DNA of 52,693 nt from Candidatus Kaiserbacteria bacterium GW2011_GWA2_52_12 (GTDB lineage: Bacteria; Patescibacteriota; Minisyncoccia; Phycocordibacterales; UBA2100), in contig LCQW01000005.1 of the NCBI GenBank assembly GCA_001004345.1, forward strand, positions 1 to 52,693, given 5' to 3'. The position numbers and the translations under genes were made by a program. Below are positions 9,090-22,363 of the stretch, piece by piece (the stretch's first letter is position 1; each line of letters starts with the position of its first letter). The notes under the pieces are model-generated. The model had not been told where the DNA came from. It searched no databases and worked only from the letters and a program-made list of their open reading frames with translations.

Positions 9090-9650
9090 GTGAAGCATAT
9101 ACATACCCCCGGCTCGTTATTTCAAGATTTTTGCATCATTGCCTTGAGTATTTTCATCGCACTCATTTTGACGGAAACCACTGTTTTGGAACGAATACTT
9201 GATTCCACGAGAGAGTTGGGGATTGTGGGAAGCTTTATAGCCGGTTTGTTTTTTACATCGGTGTTTACGACGGCACCGGCTATCGTTACGCTTGGAAAAA
9301 TAACACTCCTGCAACCGATCCTTCAGACGGCGTTTTTCGGCGCGGTGGGCGCTGTCGTAGGCGATCTGATCATTTTCAAATTCGTAAAAGATCATGTATC
9401 GGAGCACGTCATGGAATTGGTCAATCAGCAGGGCGGAGGTAGAAGATTGCGACATCTCTTGAAGTTGAAACTTTTTCGCTGGTCCGCTTTTTTTGTAGGA
9501 GGTCTCATTATTGCATCGCCACTGCCGGACGAGCTCGGTATAGCGCTTACCGGATTTTCAAAAATGAGATCGTATCAATTCGTTCTTCTATCGTTCACGT
9601 TCAATTTCCTCGGGATCATCTTGATAGGACTTGTGGCGCACACGATGTAG
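9090..9650 (+). CDS. Multi-pass membrane protein (DedA/VTT-like)
   Basis: Several hydrophobic helices; GAVGAVVGDLIIF and SPLPDELG motifs; GTG start 6 nt after TATACT. Confidence 0.7.
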   Translation: MKHIHTPGSLFQDFCIIALSIFIALILTETTVLERILDSTRELGIVGSFIAGLFFTSVFTTAPAIVTLGKITLLQPILQTAFFGAVGAVVGDLIIFKFVKDHVSEHVMELVNQQGGGRRLRHLLKLKLFRWSAFFVGGLIIASPLPDELGIALTGFSKMRSYQFVLLSFTFNFLGIILIGLVAHTM

Positions 9651-9715
9651 CATGCCGCAATTCCTTCGCAGGCGTCACTTCCATGGAGGAGGTACAACCT
9701 GCTATAATTGCACAC

Positions 9716-10654
9716 ATGTCACGCATTCTCGTATCAGGCTCGCTCGCGTACGACCGGATCATGAACTACGGCGGTCTTTTCGCGGATAGTATTTTGCCGG
9801 ACAAGGCCAATAGCATCAATTTAAGTTTTCAGGTTGAAGATCTCTCGGTCGAATTTGGCGGCACCGCGGGTAACATCGCGTACAACCTCGCACTTCTCGG
9901 CGAGCATCCGGACATTATCGCGACCGCCGGCAATGATTTCGCCAGATACAAATCACATCTGCTGCTCGCCGGTATAGAGGCGACCACCGTTCGTTTTGTT
10001 GAGAACGACATGACCTCGTCTGCCTATGTGTTCACTGATCGCGAAGACAACCAGATCGCCGCTTTTCATGCGGGCGCGGGCGCACAGCCGTACAATTCGC
10101 CGGTCGGCATCGATGGGCGCGCTTTTGCCATCGTTGCTCCGGGTTGTACCGAAGACATGGCGACGCTCCCGCAATCGTATCGGCGGCAGAATTTCAAGTA
10201 TTTTTTTGATCCGGGACAGCAGACGACGGCGCTTTCACCCGAGGCGCTCAAAAACGGCATCAGCGGCGCGCAGATACTCTTCGCGAGCGATTACGAATTG
10301 GGACTCATCGCGATGAAGACCGGATGGACCGAGGATGTGATCATGGACAATGTGCCGACACTCGTCGTGACCTTCGGCGCGCAGGGTTCGCGTATCCGCA
10401 CCCGCACGGGGGACGCGAAGGTTTCCGCGGCGACTCCCGCCAAAGTCGTCGATCCGACCGGCGCAGGCGACGCGTATCGCGCGGGATTTATGAAAGGAAT
10501 TCTCGCTGGTTTTTCGCTCGAAGCGTGTGCAAAACTCGGAAGCGTGATCGCGAGCTACGTCGTCGAAGTCCACGGGACGCAGAATCACAAATTTACGATG
10601 GAAGAAGTCAAGCAGCGCCATCAACAATCGTACAAGGAGGAATTGAAGTTGTAG
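9716..10654 (+). CDS. PfkB-family carbohydrate kinase, adenosine kinase-like
   Basis: VSGSLAYDRIM, FGGTAGNIAY, FDPGQ, VVDPTGAGDAYRAG; near ahcY. Confidence 0.9.
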   Translation: MSRILVSGSLAYDRIMNYGGLFADSILPDKANSINLSFQVEDLSVEFGGTAGNIAYNLALLGEHPDIIATAGNDFARYKSHLLLAGIEATTVRFVENDMTSSAYVFTDREDNQIAAFHAGAGAQPYNSPVGIDGRAFAIVAPGCTEDMATLPQSYRRQNFKYFFDPGQQTTALSPEALKNGISGAQILFASDYELGLIAMKTGWTEDVIMDNVPTLVVTFGAQGSRIRTRTGDAKVSAATPAKVVDPTGAGDAYRAGFMKGILAGFSLEACAKLGSVIASYVVEVHGTQNHKFTMEEVKQRHQQSYKEELKL

Positions 10655-10699
10655 AAGATCGTGGTACTGTTGTTGCAGTTCAACAGAAGGAAAGCTGCA

Positions 10700-10888
10700 A
10701 TGCGAATGAAGCCGTGTAAACCTCATCCGGAACTCGATGCGCTTATGGCGCTTGCCAAGAACCACGTCATGACGCGGGAAGAAATGGTCGCACAACGTAA
10801 GTCGTGGGTCATTGGAGAAATGTTGGAAGAACGCCCCGACATGACCCGTGAAGAGGCGGAGCGCATCTATGATGAGGTCACCTATTGA
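10700..10888 (+). CDS. Small hypothetical protein (62 aa)
   Basis: SD-like AGAAGGA upstream, MTREE motif twice, terminator directly downstream. Confidence 0.6.
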   Translation: MRMKPCKPHPELDALMALAKNHVMTREEMVAQRKSWVIGEMLEERPDMTREEAERIYDEVTY

Positions 10889-10890
10889 AC

Positions 10891-12250
<1,360 letters not shown>

Positions 12251-12289
12251 GGGGTGCTAAATAATGGCTATACAAAGCCATAAAATAGC

Positions 12290-12318
12290 TTGACTTCATG
12301 ATTGCTCCATGCTAGTAT
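12290..12318 (+). promoter_or_regulatory. Putative sigma70 promoter
   Basis: TTGACT-N17-TAGTAT with TGn extension, upstream of the 3D-domain gene. Confidence 0.55.
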
Positions 12319-12349
12319 TGATGTTGCAAGGAAAGCCGACTTGCATTAC

Positions 12350-12928
12350 ATGACTTCAATGTTTAGTACGGCCCTTATGGGGCTGTTTCTTTTATCGACC
12401 GTGGGCACGACTATCATCCCCGCCCCTACCTGGACAAAAGAAACCCCACCCGAGGCGCCAACATATGAGACATATACCGTCGGCATGACGGGGTATAACG
12501 CGGTACCTGAGCAAACCGATGAGAGTCCCGGTATTACCGCCAGCGGCTTTCCGGTTAACCCGGAGATAGACGCGGCACGCTCGCGGGATCTCGCCGATGA
12601 GTTGCCTTTTGGTACCGTCATCGAACTCGTGCCCAATACGGCAACCTCGACACGGTCATGTGAATTGCCGGCCGTCGAAGGCTCGATCGGGTACCGTGTC
12701 ATTACCGATACCATGCACCCGCGCATTCGCAATCATGTCGACATTCTTTTTGATACGGATACCATGATACATATCGGCGGCAGGAAACTGAATGCCGCTA
12801 GGGCGATGGGCTGGTGCAACGACGTCAACATTCGTATCGTCGGTCGCATCGACATGGCACACCTACCTGCTTCACAGAAAGAATTACAAATACTTCTTGG
12901 TAGAAGCACATTCGCACTCAGTAAATAG
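12350..12928 (+). CDS. Secreted 3D-domain (lytic transglycosylase-like) protein
   Basis: N-terminal hydrophobic segment; TGYN..PEQTD, ITASG, LPFGTVIE, ITDTMH, VDILF. Confidence 0.75.
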   Translation: MTSMFSTALMGLFLLSTVGTTIIPAPTWTKETPPEAPTYETYTVGMTGYNAVPEQTDESPGITASGFPVNPEIDAARSRDLADELPFGTVIELVPNTATSTRSCELPAVEGSIGYRVITDTMHPRIRNHVDILFDTDTMIHIGGRKLNAARAMGWCNDVNIRIVGRIDMAHLPASQKELQILLGRSTFALSK

Positions 12929-12930
12929 AC

Positions 12931-12972
12931 ACATGTACTTATAGTAACCGGTCGGCTAATATAAGTACATGT
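12931..12972. repeat. Palindromic element, family D
   Basis: 13-bp inverted repeat acatgtacttata/tataagtacatgt around AACCGGTCGG; second copy at 38669. Confidence 0.8.
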
Positions 12973-12996
12973 CGTCGTATCTGGTACAATCGCGAG

Positions 12997-13851
12997 ATGA
13001 AACCGGCATTCGTCGTTGAAATAGTCACACCGAAGAAATACCTTCTGAACGGTCTGTGGTTCGGGCCTAAAAAACCGAAACGGGCGATCGTGTGGGTGCA
13101 CGGGCTTGGAAGTTCAATGTTTAGCAAGCTAACGATCGCTGACCATTTGGTAGAGAAGGACACGGCAATCTTGGCGTTCAACAACCGCGGACACGACAAA
13201 GTTGCGAGCGTATCTTCAGGAAGAAATAAACGCGTTCGCGGTGGTGCGGCACATGAGAAGTTCACCGAGTGTGTCGATGATATTCAAGGTGCTATCAATT
13301 TTGCGAAAAGATCCAGTTCTCGCAAGGTGTACCTCGCGGGACATTCAACGGGATGCCAAAAGTCTATCTATTGGGCGTCGAAAAAACAAAATGAAGTGAA
13401 AGGAATTATCCTTCTTGCGCCGATGAGCGATTATGCAGCTGCAATGAAGATCGATGGAGCAAAAAAGATTTCGACAGCGGACAAGGTTGCTCAAAAGATG
13501 ATGCGTTCTAATCGTCGCCACATGCTTCTACCGGAACATACATGGCAATGGTCGCAACTTGCTGATGCCCAACGTTTCATCAGTTTGTATTCTGGTAAGG
13601 GCCCGGAAGAGATATTTACCTATTGGGATTCGAAACGGAAGCCGAGAACACTGCAATCGGTACGGATACCGACCCTTGTTCTTTTGGCGGAAAAAGACGA
13701 ATACGGCGATCGGCCTGCAAAAAAGATTGTCGAATGGTTTGATAAGAATATCCAAACGTCGCACCGTGTGCACGTCATTCCCGGTGCGTCACATAGTTTC
13801 AAAGGAAAAGAGAAAACGGTCGCACGAAAAATCAAGGATTTTATATCATAA
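12997..13851 (+). CDS. Alpha/beta hydrolase (DUF1749-like)
   Basis: WVHGLG, NNRGHD, nucleophile elbow GHSTGCQ, LLAPMSD, GASHSF. Confidence 0.85.
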   Translation: MKPAFVVEIVTPKKYLLNGLWFGPKKPKRAIVWVHGLGSSMFSKLTIADHLVEKDTAILAFNNRGHDKVASVSSGRNKRVRGGAAHEKFTECVDDIQGAINFAKRSSSRKVYLAGHSTGCQKSIYWASKKQNEVKGIILLAPMSDYAAAMKIDGAKKISTADKVAQKMMRSNRRHMLLPEHTWQWSQLADAQRFISLYSGKGPEEIFTYWDSKRKPRTLQSVRIPTLVLLAEKDEYGDRPAKKIVEWFDKNIQTSHRVHVIPGASHSFKGKEKTVARKIKDFIS

Positions 13852-13870
13852 CGACATACGATGTCGTTAT
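13848..13870. repeat. Short hairpin, family C
   Basis: ataacgacat-ACG-atgtcgttat; same cgac.t-ACG-a.gtcg core as the atpG insert. Confidence 0.6.
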
Positions 13871-13945
13871 AGCGGAGTGTGTATAACCTCGTTGTGTACC
13901 CGCTTCATCGGCGGGACAATTTGTGGTATTCGAAAGAAGCCATAC

Positions 13946-14095
13946 ATGGAGCACATAGACGATAAACGACTGTGGGGCGGACTCGCTGGTCTAGCGATAC
14001 TTATACTTTTGTGGATATGGTTATCGTCGGCGAGCTTGCCGAATACCACGACCGATAGTCTTGCTGAATTGATGTCGTCGCAACAGCAACAATAG
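13946..14095 (+). CDS. Small single-TM hypothetical protein
   Basis: MEHIDDKRLWGGLAGLAILILLWIWLSS fills the intergenic gap before atpB. Confidence 0.55.
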   Translation: MEHIDDKRLWGGLAGLAILILLWIWLSSASLPNTTTDSLAELMSSQQQQ

Positions 14096-14167
14096 TTCCG
14101 CTCAAAGCTCTTACCGCGCGGCCCTTTCGGGCTGATTTTTGTATTCTCCCGTGCTAGGATGCTGCCA

Positions 14168-14923
14168 ATGGAAGGTGGAATTCATGTTGCTTTGAAACCC
14201 GAGGTCATCGGCACGCTCGCCGGTATCCCGATCACCAATTCGCTGGTCACCAGCTGGGCGGTCATTGCACTCCTGGCTCTCATTGCGGTCCTGATGAGCA
14301 GAAGGGCTGGCCTTATTCCGGGTACATTTCAGACCGTCATCGAATGGGGATTTGAATACGTCTATGACTATGTCGTCGAAGTATTGGAAAGCCGCGAGCT
14401 CGGCGCAAAATTTTTCCCGCTCGTGATGACGATATTTCTTTTTATTTTCACCGCGAATCTTCTCGAATACATGCCGGGCATCGGCAGCATCGGATTTTTC
14501 AAACCTGGTGAATTCATCCCGCTCCTGCGCAGCGTCAATACCGATCTCAACGTGACGCTCGCGCTCGCGGCGATTTCGTTTTTTGTCATCGAGGTGGCCG
14601 GTTTTGCGGCGCTTGGCGCCGTCAAATACATGGGAAAGTTCATCAATTTTTCCGGCGGATTCATCGGATTTGCCGTGGGACTTGTGGAGATGATAGGCGA
14701 ATTCGCGCGACTCATTTCGCTCTCATTCCGGCTTTTCGGCAACATCATCGCTGGCGAGGTGCTCATCATCGTTGCCATGTTCTTTGTGCCATATTTCGGC
14801 CCCGTGCCGCTGATGATGTTCGAACTTTTCATCGGCTTCTTGCAGGCCGCGATCTTTGCGCTCCTGACACTTTTCTTCATTAAGTTGGCTATCACGGAAC
14901 CCCACGCCGCAGAATCTCATTGA
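14168..14923 (+). CDS. atpB: ATP synthase Fo subunit a
   Basis: PITNS, NTDLNVTLALA, ISLSFRLFGNIIAGE, FLQAAIF. Confidence 0.97.
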   Translation: MEGGIHVALKPEVIGTLAGIPITNSLVTSWAVIALLALIAVLMSRRAGLIPGTFQTVIEWGFEYVYDYVVEVLESRELGAKFFPLVMTIFLFIFTANLLEYMPGIGSIGFFKPGEFIPLLRSVNTDLNVTLALAAISFFVIEVAGFAALGAVKYMGKFINFSGGFIGFAVGLVEMIGEFARLISLSFRLFGNIIAGEVLIIVAMFFVPYFGPVPLMMFELFIGFLQAAIFALLTLFFIKLAITEPHAAESH

Positions 14924-14993
14924 TCGAGGGGGAAAATTGAGGCGGCGGCATTTCGTGATAGGATGGGCGGGTCGAACAATTTTATCCAGCTAA

Positions 14994-15231
<238 letters not shown>

Positions 15232-15233
<2 letters not shown>

Positions 15234-15355
15234 ATTCACGTAATTTTTGCGCATTGTTTTGTTGCTGCATCGGATTTCTGCGCTCGTCGTGTACAGATAC
15301 GCCTCCCGCAAAAATCCTCGCGCGCCTCACACTGCCCCCAAAATTCCATGAATTT
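15232..15355. mobile_element. 124-nt palindromic MITE-like element (copy 1)
   Basis: Imperfect terminal IR aaattcacgtaatttt/aaaattccatgaattt; internal motifs shared with 23631..23754. Confidence 0.6.
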
Positions 15356-15366
15356 GACCTCGTGTC

Positions 15367-15816
15367 ATGTCAGACCTCTTCGCAGTATTCGGTGTTAATT
15401 GGAAGCTCCTTTTGATACAGGCGCTCAATTTTGGCGTGCTGCTCGGGATACTTTCATATTTCCTCTACACACCGCTGTTGCGAACGATCAAGGAACGTCA
15501 GAAAAAGATAGAGCAGGGTGTCCGCACTGCCGAAGCAGCGGCACAGAAGCTTCACGAAGCGCAAGGTGAAAGTAAAAAAATCGTCGGTGATGCTGCGCGC
15601 GAGGCGGAAGGACTGGTCGCGACGGCGCGCACACACGCCGTGCAGCAGGGAAGTGGCATCGTGAAGGGCGCCGAAGAGCGGGCCTCGGGCATTCTCAAAG
15701 ACGCCGCCGCGCATGCCGAGGAAGCAAAACGCCAGGTGCTCAAGGAAAGCGAGCGTGAGATAGCTCGCGCCGCCATGCTCGCCGCGGAAAAGTTATTGCT
15801 TGAAAAATCCGCCTGA
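15367..15816 (+). CDS. atpF: ATP synthase Fo subunit b
   Basis: QALNFGVL TM helix, ERQKKIEQG, Ala-rich coiled coil. Confidence 0.94.
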   Translation: MSDLFAVFGVNWKLLLIQALNFGVLLGILSYFLYTPLLRTIKERQKKIEQGVRTAEAAAQKLHEAQGESKKIVGDAAREAEGLVATARTHAVQQGSGIVKGAEERASGILKDAAAHAEEAKRQVLKESEREIARAAMLAAEKLLLEKSA

Positions 15817-15859
15817 TCCCATGAATTACTACTTACTATTTCCTACTTACTACTAAACT

Positions 15860-16249
15860 ATGGAGTCTGCATATGCACAGGCACTATGGAAGATGGTCAA
15901 CGGCGGGAAGACGCCGCACGCAGCAGTTGCGGCGCTTCGCGAGCTGCTTATCAATGACGGACGTGAGATACTTCTGCCGCGGATTGGCAAAGCATTCGAA
16001 AAGATCGCCGCTCGAGAGCTCGCACGCACGCGCCTCACACTCAGCGTTGCTCGGGAAAAAGATGAGCGGCGTGCGAAACACGAAGTCAAAGATGTTTTGG
16101 AGAAGTTGAACCTCGATATGAAAGATATGATCACGCACATAGACTCACATTTGATCGGCGGTTGGCGCCTCGAAGGCGCCGAGCACCTCGTAGACGCGAG
16201 TTATAAGAAACACCTACTTTCAATATATAATGCGGCCACAAAAGAATAA
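15860..16249 (+). CDS. atpH: ATP synthase F1 subunit delta (short form)
   Basis: YAQAL, IDSHLIGG, VDASYK; position between atpF and atpA. Confidence 0.88.
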   Translation: MESAYAQALWKMVNGGKTPHAAVAALRELLINDGREILLPRIGKAFEKIAARELARTRLTLSVAREKDERRAKHEVKDVLEKLNLDMKDMITHIDSHLIGGWRLEGAEHLVDASYKKHLLSIYNAATKE

Positions 16250-16252
16250 TAT

Positions 16253-17824
16253 ATGGATTCAACAATTGTCGAAAAAATCATCAAGGAGATCGAAAAATTC
16301 ACACCTACGCATGAAGAGGAGCATGTGGGGCGCGTGACCACCGTCGGCGATGGAGTGGTTGCCATCGACGGTCTTTCGAAAGCGGTGATGAGCGAGATTA
16401 TTATTTTTGAAGAAACAAAGGGCAAGAAACTCGAGCATGCGATGGAAGATCAGCAGGATCTCTACGGGCTTATTTTGAATCTTGAAGAAGACGGCGTGCG
16501 TGCAGCGGTGCTCGGGGATACGGCGCGGGTTGTCGATGGCATGACGGTAAAATCGACAGGCAAAATCCTTTCAGTCCCGTCTGGCGATGAATTACTTGGC
16601 CGCGTAGTCAATGCACTCGGCGAACCGATCGACGGCAAGGGGCCGTTCAAGAACGCTACCATGATGCCCGTGGAACGCGGCTCATATGGCGTCATCGACC
16701 GCAAATCTGTCACCGTACCGCTGCAGACCGGCATCAAAGCGATCGATGCACTCATCCCCATCGGTCGCGGCCAGCGCGAACTCATCATCGGCGATCGCGG
16801 CACCGGCAAGACATCAGTCGCCATCGACACGATAATCAACCAGCGCAATGAACCCAAAGAGTCGCGGCCTATCTGCATCTATGTGGCCATCGGTCAGAAA
16901 GAGAGCAAGACGGCACGCATCGTCGCGCAGCTGCGCGCGGAGAACGCGTTTGATTACACCATCGTCGTCGATGCACCGGCATCTGCACCGGCCGCGTTGC
17001 AATTCTTGGCGCCGTTTTCAGGCGTCGCGATGGGCGAGTATTTCATGGACCGCGGACGCGACGTCTTGATTATTTACGACGACCTCTCGAAGCAAGCCGT
17101 CGCCTATCGCGAGATATCACTGCTTCTGCGGCGTCCGCCGGGACGCGAAGCATACCCGGGCGACATTTTCTACCTGCACTCTCGTTTGCTCGAGCGCGCG
17201 GCATGTCTTTCCAAGGAAAAAGGCGGCGGTTCTATCACTGCGCTGCCTATCATCGAGACGCAAGACGGCGACGTTTCCGGCTACATTCCGACCAACGTCA
17301 TCTCTATCACCGACGGACAGATGTTCCTCATCTCCGAACTTTTCAACAAGGGCATCCGGCCGGCCATCGACGTCGGCATCTCGGTATCGCGCGTCGGCTC
17401 TGCGGCGCAGACCAAGTCGATGAAAGCGGTCGCCGGCGGGCTCAAGCTCGAGCTCGCGCAATTCCGCGAGCTGGAGGCATTCATGCAATTCGCGCAAGAC
17501 CTCGACAAAGCGACCGCCGATCGTATCGCGAGCGGCCAGCGTATGGTGGAAGTTCTGAAGCAGAAAAATGGCGCTCCTATCCCTCTTGAGCTGCAAGTCG
17601 CCGTGCTCTACGCAGCCGGAAAGCAATTGTTCATACAGGTGCCGGTCAATCGCGTCACCGAAGCCGAGGCGAAACTCACCGCATTCCTCGGCGGACAATT
17701 CTCGGAATTGCTTGCCACCATCAAAAAATCCAGCGTGCTTTCAGACGAGAGTAAAAAACAATTCGACCATGCATTCGACGAATTCCGCCTCGCACACACC
17801 GAACTATTCGGTGCGGCAAAATAA
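16253..17824 (+). CDS. atpA: ATP synthase F1 subunit alpha
   Basis: PIGRGQRELIIGDRGTGKT, RRPPGREAYPGDIFYLHSRLLER. Confidence 0.98.
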   Translation: MDSTIVEKIIKEIEKFTPTHEEEHVGRVTTVGDGVVAIDGLSKAVMSEIIIFEETKGKKLEHAMEDQQDLYGLILNLEEDGVRAAVLGDTARVVDGMTVKSTGKILSVPSGDELLGRVVNALGEPIDGKGPFKNATMMPVERGSYGVIDRKSVTVPLQTGIKAIDALIPIGRGQRELIIGDRGTGKTSVAIDTIINQRNEPKESRPICIYVAIGQKESKTARIVAQLRAENAFDYTIVVDAPASAPAALQFLAPFSGVAMGEYFMDRGRDVLIIYDDLSKQAVAYREISLLLRRPPGREAYPGDIFYLHSRLLERAACLSKEKGGGSITALPIIETQDGDVSGYIPTNVISITDGQMFLISELFNKGIRPAIDVGISVSRVGSAAQTKSMKAVAGGLKLELAQFRELEAFMQFAQDLDKATADRIASGQRMVEVLKQKNGAPIPLELQVAVLYAAGKQLFIQVPVNRVTEAEAKLTAFLGGQFSELLATIKKSSVLSDESKKQFDHAFDEFRLAHTELFGAAK

Positions 17825-17827
17825 CGT

Positions 17828-18178
17828 ATGAGCGAAGAATTTCGGCCAAAAAAACCGAACATCGAAAGGACCGATGTGCACAAAATGCACGATAGGGCGG
17901 CAGCTGCATTTCGGGTCGCAGATACTGCGGAAGATTCATATCTTGAGATGGCTGCCGAACTTATTGATGCCAGAAATATGTATGCGAATGCGATCGCAGA
18001 GGCGGACCACCTCGATCCCGTCAGTGACAAAGGAAAAAAACAAGCAGAGCGAATAGAGCAATTGGGCCAACTCGTTGCTCAAATACAGCTTCTTCTGGAC
18101 GACGATGTGGAACGTACGAACGACAAATACAAGCAATACGAAGCACTCAAGGATCAAATGAAAAGACACCTCAACTAA
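17828..18178 (+). CDS. Hypothetical helical protein inside the atp operon
   Basis: 116-aa ORF filling the atpA-atpG gap with 3-nt and 2-nt spacers. Confidence 0.75.
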   Translation: MSEEFRPKKPNIERTDVHKMHDRAAAAFRVADTAEDSYLEMAAELIDARNMYANAIAEADHLDPVSDKGKKQAERIEQLGQLVAQIQLLLDDDVERTNDKYKQYEALKDQMKRHLN

Positions 18179-18180
18179 TC

Positions 18181-20534
<2,354 letters not shown>

Positions 20535-20537
20535 CGT

Positions 20538-20786
20538 ATGGCAGAACAGCAAACGTTTCATCTCGTCATCGCGTCCGTCGGCGAGACGCGATTCGATGGC
20601 GACGTGTATTCGGCGACCGTCCCCGGCTCGGAAGGGCAGTTCACGGTTCTTGCGCACCATGAGCCTATCGTTACCACGCTCACGTCCGGCATCATTACGG
20701 TCAAAACAAAAGACGGCGAGAAAAAATTCTCTATAGACAATGGTGTCGTCGAATGCTCGCAAAACCGCACGGTTGTGCTGCTCTAG
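20538..20786 (+). CDS. atpC: ATP synthase F1 subunit epsilon (N-terminal beta domain only)
   Basis: PGSEGQFTVLAHHEP; ends at 82 aa without C-terminal helices. Confidence 0.92.
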   Translation: MAEQQTFHLVIASVGETRFDGDVYSATVPGSEGQFTVLAHHEPIVTTLTSGIITVKTKDGEKKFSIDNGVVECSQNRTVVLL

Positions 20787-20822
20787 TTTTCTCGCGTTCC
20801 CCGACGTGGCACAATCGTGTGT

Positions 20823-22298
20823 ATGATGCCCGCACAAGAAACTAAGAACACTTCTTCGAGCCGAGACACCTTGCACGAACAGTATGCAAAATACTTTGCG
20901 GGACTGATCATTATTGTCGCCTGTTTTCTATTTTTGTTCCATGTGGGACGAGGAGCTTTTCGGGATTATGACGAGGCGGCATACGCCGATGCATTCCGCG
21001 TCACGGAAGCATCAGGCGATCTCATGACGATGCGACGATTTGAAAATCCATGGTTCGATAAGCCGCCATTGTATTTTTGGAGCGCGATAGCGATCGAAAA
21101 AGTCATACCGGACAAAGAATTTGCATACCGTCTCCCGAGCGCTCTTAGCGGCATACTCTCGATCATTCTCACGATGTTGATCGTGTACACAGCCGCCGAA
21201 AGTTATCTCGCCGCTTCTATCGCGGGTGGGGTAGCACTGACATCGCCGATGTTCCTGTATGCGGGCCGGCAGCTGCGCATGGATGTTCCGGTCACCGCGG
21301 CGATCCTTTTCACGATCTTCAGTTTTTTGAAAGGACTCAAAGACGAACGCTGGTATGCGGGGGTAGGAGTCGGCATCGCGCTCGGCATAATGATGAAGAG
21401 TGTTATCGGCCTCCTTCCGCTCGGTTTCATCGCAATCTTTGCGTTCATTCATCGGAATACGTCTTTCTTCAAAAGTGTGTACCTATGGATCGGCATTGCG
21501 GCAATGTTTGTGATCGCTGCGCCGTGGCATATATACGAGAGCGTGAAATTCGGCAGTGTTTTTTGGGACAGTTACCTATTTCATTTGGTGATCCAGCGGG
21601 TCGGCGAGAACATACTCGGCGGTATCGCACCGCCTTCAAATAGCGTTGAATATTTCAATATTTTACTTACATGGGCGCAACCATGGACCACTCTTTTTGT
21701 ACTCTTTATACCGGTAGTGTGGTGGATGTATCGAAAAGGGGAGACGGTCAGAGACACCTTCGTTTTTCTTTTGTTTCCGATCGGCGTACTGTGTATTTTT
21801 TTGCTGGCAAAAACGAAACTTGGTTATTATTTGATGCCGATATATCCGTTTATCGCGATCTTTGTAGCATTGACGACGTATTGGTTATTTCAGCGGATAC
21901 GGAAGCGTGCACTTAGAATCACGGCACTGGTCGTCGGTGTCGTGTTATTCATCGGTGGTTTTGCGAACACGATATATGTGGGATACAACTACGCGGATAA
22001 TGAGCAACTGATCGCGAATGAAGAACGCAACCTCGGAGCTTTTCTGAACGCGAATCCAGCGCCGAAGCTCGTCTACACGTACTATTGGGACTACTGGGAC
22101 ACGATTTGGTATTACGGAAATGGAAGAGTTATCCAGCAAATGAAAGACGGTCAACCGATTGATAGTTCTTTTTTTCTCGTCATGCATTCGGGATACACGT
22201 ATCATTTTCCTCCATGGTTCTCGTCGCGCCTCGATGTGGTGTATAAGGGTGCGGCAATGACAGTGTATAAATTCACCTACACGCCGCCACGCAAGTAG
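20823..22298 (+). CDS. ArnT/PMT-like membrane glycosyltransferase (GT-C)
   Basis: DYDEAAY, WFDKPPLYFW, YRLPSAL, YYLMPIYP; many TM helices. Confidence 0.88.
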   Translation: MMPAQETKNTSSSRDTLHEQYAKYFAGLIIIVACFLFLFHVGRGAFRDYDEAAYADAFRVTEASGDLMTMRRFENPWFDKPPLYFWSAIAIEKVIPDKEFAYRLPSALSGILSIILTMLIVYTAAESYLAASIAGGVALTSPMFLYAGRQLRMDVPVTAAILFTIFSFLKGLKDERWYAGVGVGIALGIMMKSVIGLLPLGFIAIFAFIHRNTSFFKSVYLWIGIAAMFVIAAPWHIYESVKFGSVFWDSYLFHLVIQRVGENILGGIAPPSNSVEYFNILLTWAQPWTTLFVLFIPVVWWMYRKGETVRDTFVFLLFPIGVLCIFLLAKTKLGYYLMPIYPFIAIFVALTTYWLFQRIRKRALRITALVVGVVLFIGGFANTIYVGYNYADNEQLIANEERNLGAFLNANPAPKLVYTYYWDYWDTIWYYGNGRVIQQMKDGQPIDSSFFLVMHSGYTYHFPPWFSSRLDVVYKGAAMTVYKFTYTPPRK

Positions 22299-22363
22299 AT
22301 CGACGTGGCGGTTTTCAACATCCACGCTCCAAACATCGCGGTAAAAGGCGATACAATACGAGT

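Noticed and set aside
15826-15859. ctactt-like low-complexity repeats before atpH
   Set aside because: Short imperfect tandem tract; no specific function can be supported.
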